Shown: piece after piece, positions 1 through 9,117 of the stretch
Layout of the letters: the number at the start of each line of letters is the position of its first letter
Position numbering within the stretch: position 1 is the first letter of the stretch
Source of the DNA: an uncultured Verrucomicrobiae bacterium
GTDB lineage: Bacteria > Verrucomicrobiota > Verrucomicrobiia > Limisphaerales > UBA11358
Assembly (NCBI GenBank): GCA_963764175.1
Contig: CAVXRE010000015.1
Span: forward strand, 9,461 to 73,460
Direction of reading: 5' to 3'
DNA: 64,000 nucleotides
The notes under the pieces: model-generated
The model's input: only the letters and a program-made list of their open reading frames with translations
What the model was told of the DNA's origin: nothing
The model's database searches: none
Translations under genes and position numbers: made by a program

Positions 1-1051
1 AGCCGCCGCCAAAGGCAACCGGTTTTATGTTGGCGCCGAGTTCAAGGTTGCAATAGTCCGCGCTGTATCTTTGCGGATTGTCGGCATATTGATCCTGCCA
101 GGCAAATTCCGCGCGATAGTCAACCATCACCTTGTCGTCCATGGGCGCGGCGCCGGCAAAGTAGCCGCCGTACGTCGCACAGGAGTTCGGGTCGCCCGCG
201 ACAGCGTTGTGGAGATCCAGCAGATAGGCGTAACCAACGAAGCGGCCGTATTTCCATCCCGAATACGAGACGTTGATCAAGTGCGACCGCGATTCAAAGT
301 CAGTGTTGGCCGCCGCCAGACCGGACACTTCGCCATAGACCCGATCGACATTCCAGATATAGCTGTAATACAGATTGAGACCATTGACCGGTGTGACTTG
401 GGCATCAATGGCTTCGTAAGTCTGCATGTTCTGGCGCCAGCCGGCGTCACCGATGAACCGCTGGTTGTCGAGGTTGATCTGCTGCTGGCCGACCTTGGCG
501 GAGAAAGGAACATAATTTGTATTGGAGTATCCCATCCACGCCTGGTCGAGCCGCGTCATCGGCGGGTCGCCAACAGGCGGACGCGCGGGCTGGCCGTTCA
601 CCCCGGCGGCGTTGTAATTGTGCTCCGGCCCCAGCACGGAGACGTTGACGCCTTCGAGCATTCCTTGAAAACCGTAGAGCGGCGCCGTGGTGTAACCAAA
701 CCGCGTTCGCACCGTGGGCGCATAGGAATTCTTTGTAAAAGGAGACTGATTGTCCTCGTCCACCTGTTCATAACGAAGGCGCACGTTGAGGTTGAATTTT
801 CCCTTGGCAATCGCATCCGGAACCTGGCCGCCGAAAAATTTTTCCACCGGATTGACGGAAACGGGTGCGACAGCATTGGTGCCGCTGGCTGCGGGTTCGA
901 CGGCCTTTGGCGATGGAAATGGCAGCGGCGGCTGCGAGGTGCCACCCATCATAAACGGTTTATCCTGCGCAAACATCGAGGCCGCAACGGCCATGACCAT
1001 TGCCCCGCCGGCCAGGACAATTTTGTTTTGACGGTTGAAAATACTGCTCAT
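1..1051 (-). CDS. Alginate-export-family outer-membrane beta-barrel protein (3' end runs off the window)
   Basis: Not in the ORF track because it has no stop in the window. Hand translation from ATG 1051 gives MSSIFNRQNKIVLAGGAMVMAVAASMFAQ (signal peptide), then NVRLRYEQVD..TVRTRFGY..LDQAWMGY..KVGQQQINLDNQRFIGDAGWRQNMQTYEA, typical of this family. Confidence 0.75.
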   Translation of the reverse strand, partial: MSSIFNRQNKIVLAGGAMVMAVAASMFAQDKPFMMGGTSQPPLPFPSPKAVEPAASGTNAVAPVSVNPVEKFFGGQVPDAIAKGKFNLNVRLRYEQVDEDNQSPFTKNSYAPTVRTRFGYTTAPLYGFQGMLEGVNVSVLGPEHNYNAAGVNGQPARPPVGDPPMTRLDQAWMGYSNTNYVPFSAKVGQQQINLDNQRFIGDAGWRQNMQTYEAIDAQVTPVNGLNLYYSYIWNVDRVYGEVSGLAAANTDFESRSHLINVSYSGWKYGRFVGYAYLLDLHNAVAGDPNSCATYGGYFAGAAPMDDKVMVDYRAEFAWQDQYADNPQRYSADYCNLELGANIKPVAFGGG

Positions 1052-1131
1052 GATTCAGGTAATATGTTTGCCGACTGTTTTTTGGTTAACTTGCGCCAAA
1101 ATATGACTGTTGATTCCAAAAGCCAACATGA

Positions 1132-1165
1132 CTGGGACGGGCGGTGCGAATTCTGGGACGAAAGG
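1132..1165 (-). promoter_or_regulatory. LytTR/AlgR-type direct-repeat binding site upstream of the porin gene
   Basis: CTGGGACG at 1132 and 1153 (21-bp period). On the minus strand these read CCTTTCGTCCC and CCGCCCGTCCC, similar to the AlgR site CCGTTCGTC. The site lies immediately downstream of a LytTR gene. Confidence 0.6.
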
Positions 1166-1181
1166 CTGGCGGACGAAGACG

Positions 1182-1928
1182 TTACTTGACGCCAAGCTGC
1201 TGCAGCTTGTCCCGGTAGCGCCGGCTCAGCGTCAGGCGCGTGCCATTGTGGAGAACGAGTTCATAGCCGCCGTAAAACAGCCGGTGAAGTTCCTTGATGC
1301 GCTGCGCATTGACAATGGCCGAGCGGCTGATGCGAACGAATTTTTCAGGTGGAAGCCGTGTTTCAAGCGCACCCAGCGTCTCCCGCAACAGGTGCGACTT
1401 CGCGCCCACATGCAGCTCGGCGTAATTATCCGCCGAACCGATCCAGTCAATCTCTTCCAACTTCACCCATACGACATGCCCGCCCGATTTCACCGCCAGT
1501 CTGGATGACAACAAATCGTTGAGCAGGGCCGACTGCCGCTGTTGGAAGACGCCTCCTTCCCGATTTCCGACTTGGTCAATAGCGCGGCGCAGCGCCTTCT
1601 TAAACCGTTCGCGGTCGAACGGTTTCAAAAGGTAATCCACCGCGTGAACTTCAAAGGCACGCACCGCGAACTGTTCGTATGCCGTCACGAACACAATCAC
1701 CGGCATCGGCACCGTGCCCAGGGCTTCGAGCACACCAAACCCGTCGATCTCGGGCATTTGCACGTCCAGGAACAGGAGGTCCGGCGCCGTTTTCCGAATG
1801 GCGGCGACGGCCTCGATCCCGTCGGCACATTCGCCGGTGATTTCAATATTCTTCTCGTCTTGCAGCAACTGGCGCAGCCGGTCGCGCGCCAGCGGTTCGT
1901 CATCAACAATGAGCGTCCGGATTTTCAT
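1182..1928 (-). CDS. LytTR-family response regulator
   Basis: Real start is ATG 1928 (MKIRTLIVDDEPLARDRL). Receiver motifs LFLDVQMP, FVTAY and DYLLKP; LytTR domain FVRISRSAIVN..LSRRY. Overlaps the kinase stop by 4 nt. Confidence 0.95.
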   Translation of the reverse strand: MKIRTLIVDDEPLARDRLRQLLQDEKNIEITGECADGIEAVAAIRKTAPDLLFLDVQMPEIDGFGVLEALGTVPMPVIVFVTAYEQFAVRAFEVHAVDYLLKPFDRERFKKALRRAIDQVGNREGGVFQQRQSALLNDLLSSRLAVKSGGHVVWVKLEEIDWIGSADNYAELHVGAKSHLLRETLGALETRLPPEKFVRISRSAIVNAQRIKELHRLFYGGYELVLHNGTRLTLSRRYRDKLQQLGVK

Positions 1929-3013
1929 GTGCCGGAGTTCTCCTTCCGAAAGGGAATGACCAACCTTACCAGCAATCCGCCTCCCGGCGCGTCGCGCAAT
2001 TCGAAGCCATGGGCCTCGCCGTGGAGCGTTCGCAGGCGCGCCCGCGTGTTTGACAAACCAACCCTTTCTTCGGACGGCACATCTTTCCGGAGGCCGGCGC
2101 CGTTGTCGCACACCTCCAGCACCAGCGTGCCCGCCTCGCGTTTTGCCCGCAACTCGACGCGGCCGGGTTTGGCGTGAGGTTCGATGCCGTGACGGATCGC
2201 ATTTTCCACGAGCGGCTGCAAAATCAGGTTGGGCACCCGGGCATCGAGGGTGTCCGGAGCGATGTCCGTCTTGACGGACAACCGGCTGCCAAACCGGGTC
2301 TGCTCGATTTTCAGATAACGCTGGAGGAATTCCAGCTCCTGGCGCAAAGTCACCTCCTGCGTATCGGAACTGTCCAGGGCAGTCCTCAAAAGGTCGCTCA
2401 ACTGGGTGATCATCCCATCCGCCGCCTCGATGTCCTGATGCATGAGCGAGGAAATGGAGTGCAATGTGTTGAAGAGAAAATGCGGATTCAACTGCATCTG
2501 GAGCGCCTGCAGTTTCGCCTGGGCCAGTTGCTTCTCCAGTTCCATTGTTCGCAATTCGCGCTCCCGGTATTTCCGGTAATAGTCGAACGCAAAGCTGACC
2601 GCGACAATGACCCAGTAGATGAGGAGGTTGAAATGCCAGGTTTTTACGAGCAGCGGCTGGAAGGCCTCAACAAAACTCGCCTCACTCTGCCAGCGCCCCA
2701 CCCAGGCCCGCAGAATCATGTAGCCCAGCGAAAACACCAAACTGGCGGGCAGATGCACGGCAAGGCTCCGCGCACGGTTTCCGGACTCAAAATCAAACCG
2801 GCGCGCCAGCCAGACGACCGGGATGGACAGCACCGCGAACACGTACCAGTCGCCCAGCGCGTAGCTGACGGCCTGTTTCCAGGTCACCTCCAATCCCGCC
2901 TTCGCGCTGGAAATGTAAAACTGAAACGCGAAGGACAACCCGATCAGCGTCCAAAAAACAAACCAAAGCAGCCATTTGATCCAGCGACTTTGCAAGACGT
3001 TCTTGATTGTCAT
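1925..3013 (-). CDS. LytS/YehU-family sensor histidine kinase
   Basis: About 4 N-terminal TM helices, LQMQLNPHFLFNTL H-box, LQPLVENAIRHG, DNGAG, GLSNTRARL. Confidence 0.95.
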   Translation of the reverse strand: MTIKNVLQSRWIKWLLWFVFWTLIGLSFAFQFYISSAKAGLEVTWKQAVSYALGDWYVFAVLSIPVVWLARRFDFESGNRARSLAVHLPASLVFSLGYMILRAWVGRWQSEASFVEAFQPLLVKTWHFNLLIYWVIVAVSFAFDYYRKYRERELRTMELEKQLAQAKLQALQMQLNPHFLFNTLHSISSLMHQDIEAADGMITQLSDLLRTALDSSDTQEVTLRQELEFLQRYLKIEQTRFGSRLSVKTDIAPDTLDARVPNLILQPLVENAIRHGIEPHAKPGRVELRAKREAGTLVLEVCDNGAGLRKDVPSEERVGLSNTRARLRTLHGEAHGFELRDAPGGGLLVRLVIPFRKENSGT

Positions 3014-3060
3014 GTTGCCTGATGTTCCGGTTGCTGGTAAAAGCTATAACCGATTTCAAG

Positions 3061-4851
3061 ATGCCAAACAAATCCTCTCTTTTCAAAGACCGGGAAACCC
3101 GCACCTCCAGTGCGTGTTACAACAAAAGGACGGAAGGTTGGGGCCAACGCGGGCGCAAATTGTTCGCGGCACTGTGCCTGGCCGCAGGCGCGTCCATGCT
3201 CATGGCTTCGGATGAAATTCCCGTGGCAAAATTCACCGACATCACCAAGGAAGCCGGCATCACCTTCGTTCACAACAACGGCGCTTACGGCGATAAATTG
3301 CTGCCGGAAACATTGGGCGGCGGCGTGGCGTTTTTCGATTACGACAACGAAGGCCGCCAGGATCTGCTCTTCATCAATTCGACCTACTGGCCTGGGCACA
3401 TTCCCGAAGGCAAACAGCCAACGACAATGGCGCTCTATCACAACGACGGACACGGCCACTTTACGGACGTCACCAAAGGTTCCGGTCTCGACGTAAGCTT
3501 CTACGGCATGGGCGTGGCCATCGGGGATTATGACAATGACGGACTGCCCGATGTTTTCATCACTGCCGTTGGCGGCAATCACCTGTTTCACAACGACGGA
3601 CACGGCAAATTTCACGAGGTGACCAAGGAAGCGGGCGTCGGTGGTCCGACGAACGGCTGGAGCACAGGCGCGGCTTTTATTGATTACGACAATGACGGCA
3701 AACTTGATCTCTTTGTCTGCAATTACGTGCAATGGTCGCCGGAAATTGACCGGGCAAAAAGTTACGTGCTGCCCAACATCGGGCGTGCCTACGGCCCGCC
3801 CCGCAACTTCGCGGGCACATTTCCGTATCTGTACCACAACGACGGCAACGGCCATTTCACCGACGTCTCGGCGCAGGCCGGCATCCAGATCAAGGATCCC
3901 GCCACCGGATTGCCAATGGCCAAATCGCTTGCCGTGGCACCGGTGGACGTGGACAACGACGGCTGGATTGACCTGGTGGTCGCCAACGACACCGTGCCGA
4001 ATTTTTTGTTCCACAACCAGCACGATGGCACCTTCAAGGAAATCGGCGCGGGCTCGGGCGTCGCCTACGACGCGTACGGGTTGGTCCGGGGCGCGATGGG
4101 CATTGACTCCGCCCGGTTCCGCAACGGAACGCTGGGCATCGCCATTGGGAATTACGCCAACGAGATGAACGCGCTCTATGTCGCCCGGCGCGATTCACTC
4201 CTGTTTGCCGACGAAGCCACCCAGTCCGGGGTCGGCCCGGCCAGCCAGAAGCTCTTGAAATTTGGCCTCTTTTTCTTTGATTACGACCTTGATGGCCGGC
4301 TTGATCTGCTCACCGCCAACGGCCATCTCGAACCCGAAATCAATCGCGTCGAATCCAACCAGCAATACCGCCAGCCCGCGCAATTGTTCTGGAACCGTGG
4401 CGACAGCAAAGGCACGGGCTTCGTGCCCGTTCCACCGGACAAGGCCGGCACCGACCTTTTCAAACCCCTCGTGGGACGCGGCGCGGCCTTTGCCGACATT
4501 AATGGAAACGGCAATCTGGACGTGGTACTCACGCAAATCGGCGGCCCGCCGCTGCTGCTGCGCAACGACCAGAACCTGCATCACCACTGGATCCGCCTGA
4601 AACTTGTCGGCACCAAAAGCAACCGCGACGCCATCGGCGCCTGGATCAAGGTGCGGGTGAACGGCCAGATACTTTGGCGGCAGGTCATGCCCACACGCGG
4701 TTACCTTTCCCAATCCGAACTGCCCGTCACCATCGGCCTGGGAGATGCGCCCGGGCCCGATTCAGTTGAAATCCACTGGCCCAGCGGGATTCGTCAAGAG
4801 GTGGAAAATGTTCAGGTGGACCGCCCGATGACCGTGACGGAAACCCCGTAG
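3061..4851 (+). CDS. CRTAC1-family FG-GAP repeat / ASPIC-UnbV domain protein
   Basis: Multiple DYDNDG Ca-binding repeats; C-terminal LKLVGTKSNRDAIGA..GYLSQSE..GLG..IHWPSG (ASPIC/UnbV). Start uncertain (3007-3197). Confidence 0.9.
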   Translation: MPNKSSLFKDRETRTSSACYNKRTEGWGQRGRKLFAALCLAAGASMLMASDEIPVAKFTDITKEAGITFVHNNGAYGDKLLPETLGGGVAFFDYDNEGRQDLLFINSTYWPGHIPEGKQPTTMALYHNDGHGHFTDVTKGSGLDVSFYGMGVAIGDYDNDGLPDVFITAVGGNHLFHNDGHGKFHEVTKEAGVGGPTNGWSTGAAFIDYDNDGKLDLFVCNYVQWSPEIDRAKSYVLPNIGRAYGPPRNFAGTFPYLYHNDGNGHFTDVSAQAGIQIKDPATGLPMAKSLAVAPVDVDNDGWIDLVVANDTVPNFLFHNQHDGTFKEIGAGSGVAYDAYGLVRGAMGIDSARFRNGTLGIAIGNYANEMNALYVARRDSLLFADEATQSGVGPASQKLLKFGLFFFDYDLDGRLDLLTANGHLEPEINRVESNQQYRQPAQLFWNRGDSKGTGFVPVPPDKAGTDLFKPLVGRGAAFADINGNGNLDVVLTQIGGPPLLLRNDQNLHHHWIRLKLVGTKSNRDAIGAWIKVRVNGQILWRQVMPTRGYLSQSELPVTIGLGDAPGPDSVEIHWPSGIRQEVENVQVDRPMTVTETP

Positions 4852-4863
4852 CGTTTCGATAAG

Positions 4864-5328
4864 CTACTCGGTCTGCGCATCGTAAGGGCGGATTTCCGAA
4901 TGCCGGATTTGGCCGCCGAGATGGGCCGTCCATGTCACCAGACTGCCGACCACCAACGCGCCGGCAAGCAACAGCACGCTGAACCAGCCGGCGACGGCCC
5001 GGCCCCGGAACAGAATCAATCCCGCCAGCGCCGCAATTCCGAGCACGATGCAACCTGCCAGCGTCACTCCCGCAGCCGCCTGATGTTGTTCGAGGATGTG
5101 GTCCGAGAAGCCTGGCAAACCTTTAACCACGCCTGCGGCTGTTCCGCCGGTCAGATATAACGGCACGGCCAGGATTGCGGCCAGGACGAACATGGCCAGC
5201 GCCGCCTTCTGGATGTCATGGCTCGCGCGCCAAACCCCGTAAGCCAGCCAGCCCAATCCAAACAGGATGGCCAGAACTGGAACGTGGCACAGAACCAGAT
5301 GAATATGCGCGGCAGTGACCGGATTCAT
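4864..5328 (-). CDS. 4-TM membrane protein, DUF2231-like (possible heme b binding)
   Basis: HIHLVLCHVP, LEQHQAAA and TAHLGGQIRHSEIR motifs with hydrophobic helices. Confidence 0.6.
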   Translation of the reverse strand: MNPVTAAHIHLVLCHVPVLAILFGLGWLAYGVWRASHDIQKAALAMFVLAAILAVPLYLTGGTAAGVVKGLPGFSDHILEQHQAAAGVTLAGCIVLGIAALAGLILFRGRAVAGWFSVLLLAGALVVGSLVTWTAHLGGQIRHSEIRPYDAQTE

Positions 5329-5398
5329 GTTTTCAGCAGGATTGCACTTCAGGGCCGTTGATGGAATTCATTTTTTGGTTGAGGGATGTTTTCCGCCG

Positions 5399-5995
5399 TT
5401 AAAACTCCAGCGGCACGCGCACGACCAGGCCGCCCATCACATCACCAGTTTTGAAATCCTTCTTTGGACTGGCCGGGTTCCGGTTGTGGCAGTCGGCGCA
5501 GGCATTGACGGTGGCCACCTCGGCATAGACGGCGGTGAAATATCGGCGGCCCCCGAGTGATTCACGGCCGTAATAATTCAGGCCGGGATGATCGAGAACG
5601 AATTGGAGGCCGGCTTTTTCCGTGTCGGTTTCGGGGGCATTCTTCGGATTGATTGGCCAGAGCGAACGCAGGACGTAATGAAATTCCGCTCCCTGTTGCT
5701 GGACGGATTCAGATGCCTGGCGCAGCATCCGGGCATGGAGCATCATGAGATTTTCGTCCTGCCCCGGCGCGCCCGCCGGCGGGTAATTTTGCAGGACCAG
5801 CCGGGCATAAGTTTCGTGGTCGGCGGCAATCACGGCATGGAGGGCGTCCGCCATTTCCTGCGGTTTGAACGTCACCGCCGATTCCGGCGGCACGGCCGGT
5901 CCGGCAGGTTGCCGCTCGCAACCGGTCCCGGCCAAGACCATCAGTCCGGCCAGAATGAAATTGGAAAGGTTCGTGCGCAGCTTGATTGGGTTCAT
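5399..5995 (-). CDS. DUF3365 / Tll0287-like c-type heme lipoprotein
   Basis: Lipobox-like LAGTGC; motifs SLWPINPKNAP.T..EK.GL, CADCHN (CxxCH) and GDVMGGLVVRVPL. Confidence 0.85.
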   Translation of the reverse strand: MNPIKLRTNLSNFILAGLMVLAGTGCERQPAGPAVPPESAVTFKPQEMADALHAVIAADHETYARLVLQNYPPAGAPGQDENLMMLHARMLRQASESVQQQGAEFHYVLRSLWPINPKNAPETDTEKAGLQFVLDHPGLNYYGRESLGGRRYFTAVYAEVATVNACADCHNRNPASPKKDFKTGDVMGGLVVRVPLEF

Positions 5996-6007
5996 AACGG
6001 GCCTCGG

Positions 6008-7114
6008 CTATTTGTTCACCTGGATCGCGGCGGGAACGAACTGTCCGCCATGGGCTTCGAGCAATTGAAGATTTACCTTCCGGTTGCCCTGGGGGTCAAA
6101 GGTCAAAATTCCGGACGCGCCGGCCAGTGAAAAAGCGAGGGGAAAAGCCTCGTGCGCCGGGCGGTCGCCGGATTGTTTCAGTATGTGGATCAACAACGCG
6201 GCTGCGTCATAAGCCGCCGTCGCCGTCGCATCCGGTTCGTGGCCAAACCGCGCCCGAAAAGCGTCGTTGAAATGTTGAAAGGCGGTTGCGGCATCCTTTT
6301 CCAAAATGGGGGCGGGAACGATGAATCCGTCCATGGCGCCGCCCGCCGCCGCTGCAAAATCCGCTGAGCGCAACCGCCCTGGCCCGGCCAGCGTGCCGTC
6401 AAATCCGGCCGCCCGCAGCGATTTCGCCAGCGTCCCGGCCGTGGCCGGATCCAGCCACAGCAAAATGGCGTCGGGATGAGTTTTAAGAATTTGTCTGCCG
6501 AGCCGCGCCACGTTCGTGAGCGACCGGTTTACTTCCAGGGTTTTCTCAACCGAGCATCCACAAGCCAGCGCGGCTTCGTTGAGGTCACGGGCCGCTTCGC
6601 GTCCGGCGCGTCCGTCGGGAATCACGGCCACCCAATGCCCGGCATGAATGCCCGTAAACAATGTTTTGGCTTCGTCAACGGTGCACGGGACGATGCGCAC
6701 CATCCAGGGGACGCCCGTCTGGCTGACCGAGAAGTCGGCGCACAGGGAAACCACCGGCACAGCGGTGCGGCCGGAGACCTGCAATTCCAGGTGCGATGCC
6801 GCGCCGTCCGGCGGTGCAATCAAACCCAATGCACCGTCGTCGGTAACCATCCGGGCGGCCTCGACGCCATCCGCGCCCCACTGGCCGGTGCGGCCGCGAA
6901 TGACCAGGCTTACACGCGGGCCGGGGGATTGATTGGCCAGTTCCATGCCGAGGGTTGCGCCGTCGCGGAGGCTGGCGGCGGCGGGTTCCTCCGGCGGCAC
7001 GAGCAGGCCGATGACGAGGTTGGTGTTGTCGGCGGACGTTTCATCCGCCCGCAGGCACGCCACACCCGAAATCAGGGCAAGGGCGACCACAGCAAGGCGC
7101 GCGTAAAAAAACAT
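6008..7114 (-). CDS. Periplasmic binding protein type I (LivJ / Peripla_BP_6-like)
   Basis: Signal peptide; IGLLVP..GATLGMELAN, AYDAAALL and GASGILTFDPQGNR. Confidence 0.85.
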   Translation of the reverse strand: MFFYARLAVVALALISGVACLRADETSADNTNLVIGLLVPPEEPAAASLRDGATLGMELANQSPGPRVSLVIRGRTGQWGADGVEAARMVTDDGALGLIAPPDGAASHLELQVSGRTAVPVVSLCADFSVSQTGVPWMVRIVPCTVDEAKTLFTGIHAGHWVAVIPDGRAGREAARDLNEAALACGCSVEKTLEVNRSLTNVARLGRQILKTHPDAILLWLDPATAGTLAKSLRAAGFDGTLAGPGRLRSADFAAAAGGAMDGFIVPAPILEKDAATAFQHFNDAFRARFGHEPDATATAAYDAAALLIHILKQSGDRPAHEAFPLAFSLAGASGILTFDPQGNRKVNLQLLEAHGGQFVPAAIQVNK

Positions 7115-7117
7115 GGA

Positions 7118-8503
7118 TTATTTTTCGGCAGTTTGAGGGAGCTTCGATTTCGGCGCCGGGAAGTAATGCCAGCGGCCTTGCAGGCATTGCGCGTAAACAA
7201 TGGGTGCGATGTTGTCCGAGCGACCGTCGAAGCGCATGTAACCGCACACCCCGTTGTATTCGTTGATGGCTCTCATCTGCTCTTGAATCCGGTAGCGGTT
7301 CGGTCCGGCTTTCTTGATCGCGGCGATGAGCATTTGTGCGCCGTCGTAGGCGTAACCGGCGTAGATGTCCGGCTTCAGGCCGTAACGTTTTTGAAAACAC
7401 GCGACGAAATCGGTCCACGCCGGGTCGGTTTTTTCCGGGTCAAAAAAGTAGGCCGCCGTCGCGCCTTCCGCCGCCGGACCGGCGAGCTTGACGAAGTCCG
7501 GGTCCACGAGCCGGTCAAAGCCATAGAAGGCGGCTTTCAGGCCCGCCGCCCGCAGTTGTACCGCCGCCGCTGCGGTCTCGGCGGGATTCCCCCAGAAGAC
7601 CACGGCGTCCGGATCCGCCTGTTTGATGACGGCGACCTGGGTATCGAACGTGCGGTCGCCTTCCTTGAAATTGATTTCCTGCAACACGGGATGGCCAAGC
7701 CGGCGCACGGCATCCACAAACGGCCGGACACCCATGCGACCCGGACGGCTGTTACCGCGGAACACGACGATTTTGGTCAGGCCGCGTTCCTCGACCATCA
7801 ACCGGGCGAGGAGATAACCCTGCTGACGGTTGTCAGGAAAATCGCGCAACAGCCAGGGAATTTGCGTCTCGGTCAGCGACGGATCGGGATCGGAACAGTT
7901 GACCATGAACGTCTCGGTCTTCAAGACCACCCGCAGCGCGACGTGCGTGGCGTCGCCGTCCACCGTGCCGATGAACGCCAGCACGTTGTTGTCGGCAAAT
8001 TCGACGGCAATGTTCGCCGCGCTGCCCCACTGCGGCGAGTCGGCTTTTTCCATGACCTCGAACGGCAGTTCACCGGGCTGGCGCGCGGCGTTGGCTTCTT
8101 CGATGGCCAGCAGCACGCCTTTCCTGCTCATTTCACCGCGCACGGCTTCCGGGCCGTAGGGCGGGGGGCTGAGCAGGCCGATTTTGAGCGATTTCAAGCC
8201 GGGCGGATCGGGATAATCGCTGCCGGGCCCGCGGAACGGCAGCCGGGTGAGCCAGTAACGGTAGGAGGGTTCGATGTTGCGGTAGGGCAGCATTTCCTCC
8301 GGCACGTTTCCATAGAAGGGATAATCGCCCCCATAAAAAGGATAGCCGCCCTCCGATTTTTGCGCGGGCGGCGTGCCCGGCGGCAGGACCGGCTCGGCAA
8401 TGAAGTTGGTGCTGGGGGTGGTGTCCTCCTTTTCCTCGTAACCGCACCAACCGGCTGGCACAAGGGTCAGCAGGCCGGTCATTATCAGAAACAATTTTTT
8501 CAT
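7118..8503 (-). CDS. Periplasmic binding protein type I (LivJ-like) with N-terminal extension
   Basis: Start ATG 8503 (MKKLFLIMTG) after an AGGAGG RBS; KIGLLSP, LAIEEANA, YAYDGAQML and GVCGYMRFD. Confidence 0.85.
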   Translation of the reverse strand: MKKLFLIMTGLLTLVPAGWCGYEEKEDTTPSTNFIAEPVLPPGTPPAQKSEGGYPFYGGDYPFYGNVPEEMLPYRNIEPSYRYWLTRLPFRGPGSDYPDPPGLKSLKIGLLSPPPYGPEAVRGEMSRKGVLLAIEEANAARQPGELPFEVMEKADSPQWGSAANIAVEFADNNVLAFIGTVDGDATHVALRVVLKTETFMVNCSDPDPSLTETQIPWLLRDFPDNRQQGYLLARLMVEERGLTKIVVFRGNSRPGRMGVRPFVDAVRRLGHPVLQEINFKEGDRTFDTQVAVIKQADPDAVVFWGNPAETAAAAVQLRAAGLKAAFYGFDRLVDPDFVKLAGPAAEGATAAYFFDPEKTDPAWTDFVACFQKRYGLKPDIYAGYAYDGAQMLIAAIKKAGPNRYRIQEQMRAINEYNGVCGYMRFDGRSDNIAPIVYAQCLQGRWHYFPAPKSKLPQTAEK

Positions 8504-8510
8504 GGGCCTC

Positions 8511-9092
8511 CTATTTGACCAGGATGGCAATGGCTTCAATTTCGACGAGCAAATCGCTCCGGCAAAGCCGGGCCTGGATGCCGGTGCTGGCCGGGAATGG
8601 GTCCAGACCCAGGGCGTGGAAAAATTCGTTGCGGATGGAATTGAATTCGCCGTAGTCGCGCTCGATGTCGCGGATGTAACAGGTGGTCCGGACCATGTCG
8701 TGCCAGGTGGCGCCCTCACTGGCGAGCAGGCCGGTGAGGTTGTAATAGGTGCGCCAGAGTTGGGCGCGGAAATCGCCGGGGTAGAGCGTCTCGCCGTCCG
8801 GCCCGATGCTGGCGGTGCCGCTGAAGAGCAGTTGGGTGATGCCGCCGGGCAGGTCCACGCGCAGGCCGCGCACGAAGGCCGCGCCGTAATCGGACGCTTC
8901 GTTCAAGACCTTCGTTTCGGTGATGGCCTTCTTGCCGACCACCTTCCGGCCTTTCGGCAGTTGTTTGATGAGGCCGCCGGGGGCGGGTTCGCACGCCGGC
9001 AGGCCGAGTGCGCGGCGCGCGATTTTTTCCGCGTCGGAATAGTTGATCAGGCGATCCGCCTGGCTGCCGGGGATGATGACGTTTGATTTCAT
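8511..9092 (-). CDS. Rid (YjgF/YER057c/UK114) family protein, FkbO/Hyg5 chorismatase-like subgroup
   Basis: F.RG..LLFSGTASI..GD..AQL..T..N..LL..PASTGIQARLCRSDLLVEIEAIA. No signal peptide. Confidence 0.8.
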   Translation of the reverse strand: MKSNVIIPGSQADRLINYSDAEKIARRALGLPACEPAPGGLIKQLPKGRKVVGKKAITETKVLNEASDYGAAFVRGLRVDLPGGITQLLFSGTASIGPDGETLYPGDFRAQLWRTYYNLTGLLASEGATWHDMVRTTCYIRDIERDYGEFNSIRNEFFHALGLDPFPASTGIQARLCRSDLLVEIEAIAILVK

Positions 9093-9117
9093 AATATGTG
9101 ACCTTTCTAAATTCGGG

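Noticed and set aside
71-1189. 372-aa plus-strand ORF
   Set aside because: Antisense shadow of the minus-strand porin gene, which has recognisable motifs.
6476-8518. 680-aa plus-strand ORF
   Set aside because: Antisense shadow of the two PBP genes, as expected from GC-rich codon bias; no motifs.
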